A stretch of DNA of 54,967 bases, counting the filler, from Trypethelium eluteriae (Eukaryota), in NCBI GenBank assembly GCA_051942245.1. It is 4 parts of 4 records of this genome, joined end to end, with 100 filler letters (N's around TTAATTAATTAA, not from the genome) between each part and the next. Parts side by side here need not be neighbours in the genome. Positions count along the whole stretch, not along the records: positions 27,570 to 41,221 come from JAVECL010000722.1; positions 41,322 to 54,967 come from JAVECL010000723.1; 2 more parts are not named here. One strand, written 5' to 3'. The notes under the pieces were generated by a model. That model was not told the origin of the DNA and did no database searches. It saw only the letters and a list, made by a program, of their open reading frames with translations. A program made the position numbers and the translations under genes. This document shows, piece after piece, positions 36,702-48,900 of the stretch (positions are counted from its first letter, which is position 1; every line of letters starts with the position of its first letter).

Positions 36702-37636
36702 ATGGCCTCCGCAACCACGACGCAGACGGAGCCCATCACCGCCGAGAATGTACTACGGCTCTTTCCCGATGTCAACACCACCCTCGTCAGCACCCACAAT
36801 GCCAGCAATTCCTCCCAGGACGCGGACCTCGAAGGCTACGATGAGGAGCAGATCCGGCTGATGGACGAAGTCTGCATCGTGCTCGACGAGGACGACAACC
36901 CCATTGGCAGCGCCAGCAAGAAGACCTGTATGTCCTCTTAACCAAATCTCTACCCCGAACAAAACCGCGCTTCTTGTTTCTTTCCCTCCCTCCCTCGCTT
37001 GCACCTTTACGAAACCCCCCCCCCCAAGCCTACCTACTAACATCCACGCCAGGCCACCTGATGGAAAACATCAACTTGGGCCTCCTCCACCGCGCCTTCT
37101 CGATATTCGTCTTCTCGCCCTCAAACAAGCTCCTCCTACAGCGACGCGCCCCAAGCAAAATCACCTTCCCCAACATGTGGACCAACACATGCTGCTCGCA
37201 CCCGTTGGGGATCCCATCGGAGACCGGAGCGAACCTCGAGGCGTCAGTGGCGGGGGTGAAGCGCGCGGCGCAGCGCAAATTGGCGCAGGAGCTGGGGATC
37301 GACGCGAAGCAGGTGCCGACGGAGCAGATGCGCTTTCTGACGCGCATCCAGTACAAGGCGCCGAGTGATGGGAAGTGGGGCGAGCATGAGATTGATTATA
37401 TTTTGGTGTTGAAGGCGAAGGAGGAGGTGAGGTATCAGGGGAATGAGAACGAGGTGTGTGATGTCAAGTATGTGGCGCCGGAGGAGCTGAAGGCGATGTT
37501 TAAGGAGGAGGGCTTGACGTTTACGCCGTGGTTTCGGTTGATTTGTGATACGCTGTTGTTTGAGTGGTGGGAGCATTTGGATGATAAGGACTTTGAGGAG
37601 AAGTATGTCGGGGAGACGCAGATTCGGAGGATGTGA
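36702..37636 (+). CDS. IDI1: Isopentenyl-diphosphate delta-isomerase type 1
   Basis: GYDEEQIRLMDEVCIVLDEDD...KKT|CHLMENINLGLLHRAFS...LLLQRRA...KITFPNMWTNTCCSHPL...WGEHEIDYIL...FTPWF. Intron 36928-37052. Confidence 0.97.
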
Positions 37637-38077
37637 GGGGACCGATGGAAGTAAATTAGGTGGAAGGGAAGGAGGGGGGATGTAGATTGTAAAATTTGGA
37701 TTTTATGAGCCATTGAGATATACGCAGTTGTGATTGAATGAGTGGCTAAATGATAAAATCAAGAACGCCAGTCCAAATCTGCAATGGTAGCAGTAAGAGA
37801 GAGTAATGAGTTGAATCATGTAGGCAGGCCCCTTTGCAATTTCTGTGTCTCTCATCATTTGTTAAATTGATCCAGATCTCCTTCGTTCCAATTCCAGTTT
37901 CAATTCATTCTTTGTCAATTTGTATCAACTTCCCATCCTTTCGCCTGAGCGATGTTTCGTATCGTTAGCGATGAGGCTCCAGTTCGATGCGGAAATGCTA
38001 GGCTTACCACTTTCTCCTTATCACACCTTTCCCAATTCCCCGTGCAGCCCTTCCATCCCGAGACTCTCGGTTTCTTC

Positions 38078-39175
38078 CTAGCATGGCAGGCGATTATCCT
38101 CTGGATCCGTCGTGACCTGAATCCCCTCGTTCATCCATGCCTTTTTTGTCTTGCCCTGGCCGTTTTTCGCCTCCACGGTCTTCGGATTTGGCTCACGAAT
38201 CATGATATCGAGCTCGATGTTTTCCGGACCGCGTTGGAGAACGACTTTCCGCGCCAGCTCGAAACCCCAGCGCATGTAGATGGCCGGGTTCTTGTCATTG
38301 CTAGATTCAAGATAGCAGGCTTTGCTCTGGGCGTCGGCCTACACGTTGAGGTTAATATGGATATAGTTCTAACGGTTTTTTGGGCAACTATACCATCTTC
38401 GTGACCTTCTCGACGACTTTCTTCGCGAGACCTTGTCCTCGAGCAGCCTTTTTGGCTCCCAAGTATACGAGATACCAACTGTCATGGTCACGATCGCCAA
38501 GGGTACGCGCTTTGGCATCGTGGAGCAAGGGGAGGAATTCGGTGAAGAAACGCTTCTTACCTTCGCTTGAAAGCTGGAAGTAGAGGCGCCACATTCCGCT
38601 ACGGAAGATGGTGTATAGATCATCCATATTGTGACCTGGTGGCATCCTGTCAGGTCTCCCGGGGAGGGAGGCTGTGTTAGCTTGAGTTTGACTTCAGAAA
38701 CAATGGAAGCTCAGACAAAGAAACGTTCGCTTGAAGTGAGAAATGAAAGGATCTTCAAGAGCCGGCAATAGAAGTGAGATACACACCAAAGGGCAACACA
38801 GCCGTAGTCTTCTCCAGCAGTCAGGACAAGCCCTTTCATAACGTGAGCGTAGGTGACATATTCGAGGATCTGGGTGTGCAGATTCCACTTCTGCTCTTTA
38901 GTCCAGTGTTCGCGATCTGGAGTATCGATGAAATACATCGCGACGTCGTCCTCGGCAAAGGCTTCAGCCAGACTCTGAGCGGCTTGCTTGTACTCATGGA
39001 TTCCACAGACGCGAACACCGTCCTCGGCACCAAGTCCATTTGATGCATTCTCGATATGAGCGACATTGGGGACTTTGCTATTAACCAAATCATTGAGATT
39101 CATGGTTGATTTCTCGATCTCATGATTCCCGTTCCCAATGATGCTGATGGAAGATGCTGCGACAGCTTTATCCAT
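38078..39175 (-). CDS. GNAT-family N-acetyltransferase
   Basis: Three exons: EYKQAAQSLAEAFAEDD...GCVALW|MPPG...SWYLVYLGAKKAARGQGLAKKVV (acetyl-CoA motif A)...KM|ADAQSKACYLESSNDKNPAIYMRWGFE. Confidence 0.9.
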
Positions 39176-40720
39176 GATTGCGGTTTGGACCGGGAATTAA
39201 GGGGAATGAAAGCGCGGCCGGTTCGTTTGACTATGAGGTCAAGCACGAGAGCAGCCAGCGTGACGATGGCTTGGAGTTGCGTTTGCAGTATCAGGGCACA
39301 ACAACCAGCAGTGATAGACCTTGATTTCCAAGTATGGCAACAAGGGCCTTACTGTTGTACGTGTCAAGAGAGAGCTAGAGTCTTGTCAGAAATGGTGAAA
39401 GTAGAAGAAAATCTCGAACCAATGTCTGTTTACTTTGGCGATTCCCGTTCTACGGACTATGAATTGGTTTGGCAGGTCTTGTAATATCACCTGTATGATC
39501 CCTTGATAACTGGGATCTAGACACGGCTTCGATTCTGCAAGGGAAGCGCAAAGAAGAAAGTGATTCTCGTAGATCAACCGACATCAACGTTGAATGTTCC
39601 TTTTCCTGACCCAGACGTAGGAAGGTGAGGGGAAGCTAGCGGCTTTAAGCCACGAGATATCCAAGGATACTACCGGTTCGGCGCGGGCCTAATGACGGTT
39701 CTTTGGCTGGTGAGCTGCAGGGAGGGCTGCTAATGCAGGGCCAAGAGAACTCTCATGTAGGAGAAACAGGCGAGTGGAATATCTCGTGACAGAATCTTGT
39801 TGGATGAGCTGGGGGTATATATGCGAACAAGGTAGCGAAACGAGGAGGAACGGCGTCGGACAAAGAAAAAGTACTTCCGCTGTAACTACTGCTCTGCACC
39901 CGCTCTAGTTGACGGGGCGTATGCGATAGTGGATAGAGACGTTCCGACTACCGTGCAGGCGTGTCACCGCTGAGGAGAATGTAGGTGGATACCGTGGGGG
40001 TAAGAAGAGCGACGCTGGTGGCAGGATGACGGGAGAATCTTATCAGCGTCACCGTGAACTGGCTAGGAAAGGTATACAGACCCGGCGACTTGGTTCTCTT
40101 ATTCGTGTCAGAATATGTATCTGAAATCCTGACACGCCTAGCAAAGTCTACCTGGCGTGATCATGAAGGTTTGGAGCTTCTGTGACAAGTCACAAGTACG
40201 ATGTCGTCCGAGGCCGTCTGAGTTCGTCGGAGGCCCAGTTCCGCCATCTTGAACGTCCCGACGTGGGGCGTTGGGCCGGACAACAAGCCGGATGTTGAGC
40301 TGCATGTGGGATCTTGGCCAGACCCCATCAATGATGACTAGGAGGTGAGGAGAGCAATGGTTGGATAGAGCAACTATCATAGCCGTGGGGTTCACCTCGA
40401 GGATCAACCTTTCTGTACCACGAATTGCCTAGGGCTGATACTAGCAGATCACTAAATCGCCACCCTACCAGGCTCACCTACCCTAGCCAAACTCCTGGGA
40501 ACTGAGACAGTTTTCAAGATAGATTGATTGATATGCTCAAAATACAAGTTTGTTGAAAACAGTCAGTCAATACACCACGATGGGAACAAGCGGAAGGCCA
40601 TAGCAACCCCATTACAAGCCTACTTCAAACAAGAAAAAGACCGTCGCGAAGCTTGAACCAGAATAGAACAATCTTTGTGAAGAGAGAAAAAAACCCCCCC
40701 TCCCCGTGAGGCCTTGCATC

Positions 40721-41221
40721 TTAAGAAATTCTTCTCTTTCCCTTCCCCTTTCCCTTTCTAGCAGAGGCGTCAGCTCCAGTCGAAGCTACACTGCTAACTG
40801 GGCTCAATCCTGGAAAGTCCTCCTCATTGCTCACGCCCATCTCTTCCCGGCTCTTCTCCTCCGCTAAGCTCAATTGCAACGCAAAATCGAGATCATCCGC
40901 CTCAGTAGCCCTACTCGACTCCGCCATCTCCGAGATAGGTTTGTTCGCCCTTCCAGGAGACGATTTACTCTGTTTAGCATATCGCATCGGGACGTCAAAG
41001 CCAGCCCCCACATCCGGAACTTTGCTATCAGTACCCGTCGCAGCCTGACCCTCTGCCAAGCTCAGCCTAATCGCCTCTTCCAAATCCTCATCCAGCTCGT
41101 CATCAGCCCGGGCCCCACTCTCTGGCGTGCTCGCAAGCCCCTCACTCACCCCACTCTCCCTCCTCTTGCTGGCCTCCAACTCCGCACTCTCCTCGCTCAA
41201 CAATCGCGCATACGCCACCAT
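40721..41221 (-). CDS. C-terminal fragment with ubiquitin-interacting motifs (probably an F-box/WD40-UIM protein); 5' lost in gap
   Basis: DEDLEEAIRLSLAE and ADDLDFALQLSLAEE are canonical UIMs; MVAYARLLSEES is a degenerate third; basic tail RKGKGKGKRR. The F-box/WD parent is inferred from recalled fungal architecture. Confidence 0.75.
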   Translation of the reverse strand: MVAYARLLSEESAELEASKRRESGVSEGLASTPESGARADDELDEDLEEAIRLSLAEGQAATGTDSKVPDVGAGFDVPMRYAKQSKSSPGRANKPISEMAESSRATEADDLDFALQLSLAEEKSREEMGVSNEEDFPGLSPVSSVASTGADASARKGKGKGKRRIS

Positions 41222-41321
41222 NNNNNNNNNNNNNNNNNNNNNNNNNNNNNNNNNNNNNNNNNNNNTTAATTAATTAANNNNNNNNNNNNNNNNNNNNNNN
41301 NNNNNNNNNNNNNNNNNNNNN
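41222..41321. other. Artificial contig-join spacer
   Basis: 44 N + TTAATTAATTAA (41266-41277) + 44 N. Confidence 0.97.
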
Positions 41322-42238
41322 CTCCTGCCCCTCCCGCAATCCCCGCCACCGTGTCCCCGGGTCTGATTCGTTCGCTCGGCGGCACCGCACCCGCGGGCCT
41401 CCCGCGCCAGACGCGCATCCCCGCGACGCGGAAGCCGAGGCTGCCAGAGGTCGTGCTGGCGGCGACGGCGTCGAGACGTGCACGCTTTTCGAGCGGTGCG
41501 TCGTCGGCCCAGAGGCGCGCGCCGAGCTTGATGTCGAGGATGTTGGGGCGCACGAAGCCGGCGGCGAGGTTCTCGAGGACGATGGCGGTTTCGGTTTCGA
41601 GTGCGGTGGAGGGGAGCGTGGTGCCTGGGGTGCTTGAGACAGCGGCATGGTGGTGGTCGTTGTTGCTGTCGTCCTTGGTTCCTGATTTGCCCTTGCTGTT
41701 GTTGTTGTCGTTGGTTTTGTTGCGTTGCGTCATGTCACCGGTAGTATCAGCAGGGGCAGGGAAGGGTCGCGGAGGCGGAACTGCTTCCGAGGTGGATCCG
41801 GAGGTGGGACGATTCTGGGAGGGGAGAGTTGGGGCTCGGCTCAATTTGGGAGAGCGCGCAATGGCGGGTCCGGTCTTGATGCTCTCTTCGGGATTCTTCA
41901 GACGGACTTGGCCCATATAGGTGGGCATGTGGGCCGCAAAATCGCGGTGGAGCTGTAGAGTCTTTTCATAGAAGTCGATTTCGGCTTCGGTACAGGGTTT
42001 GATGACAACGTCGCCGGTAGAATCGATGAGGACGCCATGGCTGGAAGAGTCGGAGTCAGTCTCGGTCTCGGACACGAATTGCATGGCGATTGAGCAATGG
42101 GAGGGTCATCAATTGAGCGAGAAAGGTGGGAGGAAAGAAAGGTGTTGGGCAGATCAGACGTGGATGCATGTGTACTTACTGTCCCGCAGCGACGTTCTCG
42201 TAAGTTGTCCACGTTGCCGGATCTAAACTGGGGACCAT
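41322..42238 (-). CDS. ARG82: Inositol polyphosphate multikinase (Arg82/Ipk2), 3' lost in gap
   Basis: Exon 1 MVPSLDPATWTTYENVAAGH, GTAAGT intron (~42179-42041), then HGVLIDSTGDVVIKPCTEAEIDFYE...IVLENLAAGFVRPNILDIKLG (PxxxDxKxG)...TTSGSLGFRVAGM. Confidence 0.92.
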
Positions 42239-43056
42239 GATCATAAAAAACGGTCAACTCGATGGTGAAGTGAACGCAAACGTACATGATCTCTGGACGG
42301 CTATTATAGGGGGGTTGGAGAGTTGAATTAGCTGAGGCAGTGTCCGGGCACTGGTGTGGGCATTTCTAGTGCTTGTGACGTTGACCAGGTCAAATCAAAC
42401 TAAAATAAAGACATGCCGCAATCCGGGTAGGGCTGAAACTGACCATCATCATATCGCCCGGCACCAATGAGAGGCAATATCAGAATGGTTTGCCAAAGCT
42501 GAGTGAGGCCTCGCGTCCGTAAACCCAAAACGGCGACTGGCCCTCACTCCAATCCTCCTATCCCCACCCTCCCTTTCGTCTATTTTTCGGGATCAGTTAC
42601 ACTGTTAGGCTTGCCGAGCTGAACAGCAGACTTCGTGTATGCATCTTGCGCATTGAATAGATTTATTGGGTGCTACACACATCAGCACCCTTTCGCGAAA
42701 GTACTAGGTAGGTCCGAGTGGGACGTGATGCAAATGGCCGAAGTAGGAACGACAAGCGATGGATCAGGCTGATGGTTGCACGCCTCACTCTGGCTTTTAA
42801 TTCAATTCGGGACTTCTAATGGTGTTCTTCAATGACTTAATTTCCCTCGAAGAGCATGCTTTGTGTGACGGTCATCTAGTGTAAGGTACTATGCGTAGCA
42901 TACAGCGTTTGTTTGACACCTTCACCGCAACAATCACCGCCGTTCACACTTCTGTACTTCAAATTTGCCCCACAAATAATTGGCTCACTCTATTTTCCTA
43001 AAAATCTCTTTCCCCAAGACATCCTTCTCAATCTCTATCACGCAAGGACCGAAGCT

Positions 43057-45134
43057 ATGGCTGCCACATCCTCCGCTGATCCTCCTCAAATGTCTCCAAC
43101 GGAGAGTCATCAGCATCCTGCAAGCAGTACCTCGTCCCACGAGGACCGTGTTGACGCACCAGCAAAGGAACGCAACTGGTCAAATGCCGACGTTATTCGT
43201 CAAGTGGAGTTTTACTTCTCTGACGCAAATCTCCCTACTGATGCCCATCTTCTGGCAAAATGCGATGGTCAGCAGAACCTTCCAGTCTCCATTCGGAGTA
43301 TCTGCGGCTTCCCACGAATGAGGAAATACAGACCCTACACTGAAGTTGTTGAGGCTCTCAAGTTCTCCACTAAGCTTGAAGTCGTCGATGACAAAGCCAT
43401 CCGCCGACGGGACCCGCTAAGACTCCCTTTGAAAGTTGAACCGGAGAAGAAGGAGGTCGCTCGACGCGAGGCTCTTGCCCAGGGAGGCATGACGAAAGGC
43501 TTACTCAAGCCTACAGGCTTTGAGGAATATTATACTGATCCGCCTATCACTCCAGAGACCTATGAACAGGAACGTGACATATATGATCCGGAACAGTATA
43601 CCTTCGGTGATCGGATCGAAAGGGCTGTACAGCGCTACATGGCGAGACGTACGCTCCACGAAGATACTGCAAGGATTTTCAACGGATGGATGAAGTTTGG
43701 CGGGATCGAGCAGAGACCAAGAATTTCAGGCCAACTAAGTAAAGAGGACTTGGAAGACCTAACAGCCGAAGACATCGCAGAGAGAATGGCGACTCACTGG
43801 TGTTTTGAGGACATAAGTGATGGATATAAATTCATCGTTGACTTCGAAGGTGTTGCGATGGCCTTCTTGTACGTTCAGAGCCTTCGTCATCCTCTTCGCA
43901 TCTTGAAGTTACAGTCTCATTTTCCGCAGCTAGACAGATTGAAATGACGAAGTAGCAGATGCTGATATTGATTAGATCGTCCTACGCTCCTGCTTATCTC
44001 AGTACGGACGTCGAATCCCCGGCAAAAATCGAAAAGGCTACTAACATTCTTCGAAACTTTTACAACTACCTTTTGACGCATGATGTCGCGCCAGACTGGA
44101 AAGATTTCATCTATGCCGCACGAGCTCTGTGCACCCGTGCTTCTATCGAGCTGACCGGGATCTATCACCTACGCGGAATGCTGCGCGGCCCTTTCAATAC
44201 TGCTTGCAGCATTCTCTTCGGCACGGACCGCGATGCATTGGCGGCCGACGAGGGTACTGATTGGGAAGATGAGTTTCGCTTCAAACCTGCTTATTCAGAC
44301 GAGGTAGCGCGCGTAATCATCAAGACCGCAATAGCGGCTCAAGGCACAGAAGCACAACTTGCAGCGGTAGCAAAGAATAGGAAACTTGAGTTTACTGTTG
44401 TGGACGAGAAGACAATAGGCCTTGAAGTTGTCTCCATTATCCCTCCCGATCCCGAGGTCCACGATCTCTATGCCCGCCACGAGCTCTCCGGCACACAGCT
44501 TCCACCCTTGGGCAAGGTTGTCCTGAAACCGTGGCTTGAGCCCGACTTTGTCGAGTATGATCTTCCTGCCAATCTCAGGACCACAGATCCTTCCCATCCG
44601 GACTACCTTCCCAACGAGACCTACACTCTCTGGCTCGAAGATGACATCCTGCAGCACTTCCACGTCAGCCCACTAACCACGCACCGACCTACTCAGCCTC
44701 CTCCGCGACCTGCTCATGGAGAAGAATCGGAGTCTGAGTCTCTTCCGGAGCCTGCCTACGTCGGACATACTGAGCTCGTGGGCACAAAGCTTATCGCCAC
44801 ACTCAAGAAACTGTGCGTCATGAAGGGGCCTGAGGCTGGAGCACTGTCAAACCACGTGGAGAATGACGAGGCAGAGGAAATCTGGTTCCTAGATTCCTTG
44901 AAAAAGCTGTGCCCGTCCTTCTACACTGTTCTCCCCAATGAGCTGATGCGCGGGTACAAGGCTCCGGCGCCGCACAGGAAACTACTTGAGGCGTTTGGGC
45001 TAACCGTCGATCAGGTAGATGATAATGGAGTGATCCGAGAAACTCCGCTGGGTGGTGGGGGTGACGGAGGAAATGCGAGTGACAATATGGACGAGGTAGA
45101 CTCTGAAAACGATGCAGCCAAGGCGTGGGATTAG
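43057..45134 (+). CDS. ARB1: Argonaute siRNA chaperone (ARC) subunit Arb1 with an N-terminal La HTH motif
   Basis: DVIRQVEFYFSDANLPTDAHL...ICGFPRMR (La motif), then KPTGFEEYYTDPPITPETYEQERDIYDP...FGDRIERAVQRYMARR, VDFEGVAMAFL|SS, NILRNFYNYLLTHDVAP, PSFYTVLPNELM (Arb1 family). Intron ~43870-43976. Confidence 0.88.
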
Positions 45135-45976
45135 GGAAGTGGAGTGAAGGCTGAGATTGGGTGCCTGCGAATTATGGTGTGGAGTTGAAATAATGCCGGA
45201 CTGAGAGACCGACTGGCGCTGTTGCGTTTGTGACGTCGCGCTAAAGTCTCTGAAGATAGATATTTACAGCCAAGAAGCTCGCATGAGTCCCCCATGGCCA
45301 GGACTCAGACAAGGATGGCACACTCAACAGAAGTTATCTGGGCAGTCAAGGATGATGGTATAACCAGAGGGTGGGCAATGACTTGACGCTTCACTGGAGC
45401 TGTTCTAGGTGGGATAACATTGATAACACAGATAGATATAACCACGACTCTTCACAAAGGATCAAGAATTTCCATTAGAAGCTGCCTAATCCTTCATGTC
45501 TTGACTCTGGCCATTGAACATTAGATTAAGTAGTTCATATTGGAACTTCTATCCTATATATAGGACAGTTTCCCTCTCCTTCCCTCCATGCCTACCCTTT
45601 CCACGCATCCTTTCTTCCATCCAGACTATCACAGTCAATCTTCAATTTCTCTTCCAATGCCTCCCCATTATTACAACAAAGTAAAGTAAAGCAAGCTTGA
45701 ATGACAGAGAGAAGGCTTAGCATGCCCAACCAAATCCATACGTGCATAGATAGCTGCCTTTACTGCTTTCACTGCCTGCGCTATATAATTGGTGGACCAT
45801 AGATGACCTATCTAGCATCTGCCTCTTAGAAGCGAATTTCAAAAGTTAAAAGGCAGCCAAACAAAACAAACCAGAACAAGCAAAAGCGCGATAATTGAAA
45901 AGGAAGGAAAAGTGAAAAAAGAAGGACATCCTAGAACAGAGCAGAATGACTTTTCCACCGAAACCCGCATCATCAC

Positions 45977-48900
45977 TTATATCCCCATTGTCACTGCAAC
46001 CAAGCCTGCGACCATCATCACGAAACCAGACCGTGCGCTAAGCAAGCCCGCACCACCCACGACCACAGGCCCTGACGGCGAGGATGACGGCCCAGCCGAG
46101 GTAGCCGTGCTAGGCTGTCCCGTCGAGCTCTGTTGGGTGTGAGACGCGCTGCTCGAAGAATGCTCACGCGTGGAGGTGACAGTAGAGCTTGCTGGACTTG
46201 AGGATGGAGGCGTCTGCTTGAGCGTTGTAGATGGCGGAGCAGTAGGGCTCGAGGTAGGAGCGCTGGGCCCGCCGGGAGTGGACGGTGTTGGCGTGGGCGG
46301 AGCAGAGGGTGCAGAAGCTGGGTTGGAGGGGCTGCTTGGCGTTGATGGAGGAGAGGCCGGACCGGATTGAGACGGTGCGGATGGTGTTGTGGTGGGAGTG
46401 GATGCTGGCGGCGTGGGTGGTGATGAAGTGGGGCTGGATGTCGGTGGTCCTGATGGAGTAGTAGCGGGACCAGACGTCGGTGGTCCGGATGGGTTAGAGG
46501 ATGGCGGAGCTGATAAAGTAGTGGCGGGACCAGATGTCGGCGGCGCTGCTGATGGAGTTGCGACAGGGCTGGATATAGGCGGTGCGGATATAGTAGTTGC
46601 AGGACCCGATGTTGGTGACGTAGATTGAGTAGTAGCCGGTCCGGACGTAGGTGGTGTAGATGGTATGGTAGCCGGCCCAGACGTTGGTTGTGCAGATGGC
46701 GTGGAACTAGGAGTTGGAGGAGCGCTTTGGCTGCTGGGTGCAGTTGGCGTCGACGTTTGACCTGTGAAAGAACTATAACTCGAGCCTGGTCCCGAGGTTT
46801 GTGGAATGCTGGGACTTGTAGCTGGAGTAGAAGACTTTGGAGGCGTTCCACTTCCAGGTATTGATGGCTGCGAAGAGCTACTGGCTGTCCCAGAAGAGTG
46901 CGGGATGCTGGGACTGGTGTTTGAAGTGGGAGACTGAGGAGGCGTTTCAGTAGCAGGTGTTGCTGGTGGAGAGGAACTGCCAGATGGACGAGGGGGCTGA
47001 GAAACGCTCGAGCTTGTACTTGGACCAGAAGACACAGGAGGTGTTCCATTAGAGCTCAATGGAAGCGAAGAAGAGCTGCTGGGTGAGAATGACTGCGACG
47101 AAATTGGACTAGTTCCTGGAACAGTGGACTGAGATGTTGTACTGATAAGCGGCGCTGTTGACAGGGAAGTGCTGCTACTCGGTATAGATATCGTTGGTGA
47201 ACTGCTCAAGGTAGGAACGGAGGGCGGGAAAGAGCTAGGGAAAGTGGAATAAACCGTAGAAGATGAGAGAACAGTCCTTGTATTCTTGGTAGTGGCCGTG
47301 GAGGTTGACGGAATCTCGTTACTACTGGGCTGCCCTGGAGTCGAAGTGGATGTCGTAGTTTGGGAAGGGGCGCTTGAACTTGGAATGGCATGGGTTTTGG
47401 TGCAAGAATGACATTCTTGAGTGGTGACTGTTGTAGTAGTGGGGCCTTGCGGCACTGCTGGAGTTGTACTCGAGACCGTTGTTGGCGTTGCAGGAGGACT
47501 TTCAGGAGGTGATGCACCCTGACTCGTGGAACCTGTCTGAGAAGATAGTGGCCCTGAAGGCGTCACTTGAGGTAGTGTACCTGGTACTGTTGACGAGCTT
47601 GGAGGTATCTGGATCTCAGATGACGAGGTAGTGCACGGGACCTCTACCGTGGTCGTTATGGTGCTGCCACTGCTTGTAACAACATACGTGCTTTGCGTAT
47701 ATGAAGTTGAACCTGGAGTAGATGGGGAAGTAGGCGTTGGCGTCACAGGTGGCAGGGGGCCTGATTCTGGCGGTGAAATTGGAGGTACCTCAGTCCGCGA
47801 TGAGGAGCTGGTGCATGGAATCTTCACTGTTGTTGTTATCGTAGTGCCACTACTCGTAACAACATAAGTACTGTGGGTGTACGAAGTCGTGCCTATGGTA
47901 GACGGCTGAGAGGGCGTAGGAACAGACTCATAATGCGAATCCGTTTCCGAGGTCGAAGCCGTGATATAACCACTTGTCTTACTTCCGGTCGATCCAGGAA
48001 TTGAAGTCGAAGGATGAGAGTCTTGTGGTGTGGAAGGCGATACCGGGACCGACGGGCTCGCTGGAATAATTGGTGTGCTCCCTGAAGACGGATGAGTCGT
48101 AGAGGAAACTTCATACGTAGATGGAGTGACAGGATAAGTGGTCGTAGGACTCCATGAGGAAGGCGGCTGGCTTGCGGTAGTATTGGAACCAGTAGGTACG
48201 GTACCCGAAGTCGAAGGGCTTACAGGAACAGTGCTTGTAACATAGCTGCAGATTTTCGAGGAACACTTTGTAATCACTGTTGTATAGTGGGTGGCCGGTG
48301 GACTCGTTGTAGCCGGAGGACTCCAAGTTGTGAACGTGCTTGTTGTTGCATTACTGGATCCTGAATGGGTTGTTGGCTTGCGGCTTTCCGTCGGTGCTGA
48401 CATACTTATTGTTGCGTTGCCAGATCTTGAATGGGTTGTTGGCTTACGGCTTTCCGTCGTCGTTGAACTGTCAACGTACGTCACTTGTATAATATTAGTA
48501 ATTGTAAAGTTACAATGCTTGTGACAACCATGATTAGAATTGGAGCTTTCCCAAGTGGGCTGCGACACTGAGTGCATGGTCATACCTGGACTACTTGAAG
48601 TTTTTGGTGGAAATGAAGTCGAATACCAAATGGACTCGAGCGGTATCGTCGTTTTCAACTCAGGAATCGTAGTATTGACCGGCGGGTGCGAGACTGATTC
48701 AACACACTTAGTAACTGTGTGCCAAACCGTGCCAGGAGGTGGCGTAGGACGAGTTGGCAAGTCTGGACCACTGATAACAATTGTTCTTGTGGAGCAGCTT
48801 GTGCTTGTTTGCGTGTATTCCCATCTCCTCCGTTTCGTGGCTGGCGTTTTGTGCGGGCATTCTATTACTAATTGAGTGACATCAGCATCCGTGACAGCAT

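Noticed and set aside
35263..39175. IDI1 + PLC + GNAT as a secondary-metabolite (terpene) cluster
   Set aside because: No terpene synthase, prenyltransferase, PKS/NRPS or P450 nearby; IDI1 is housekeeping.
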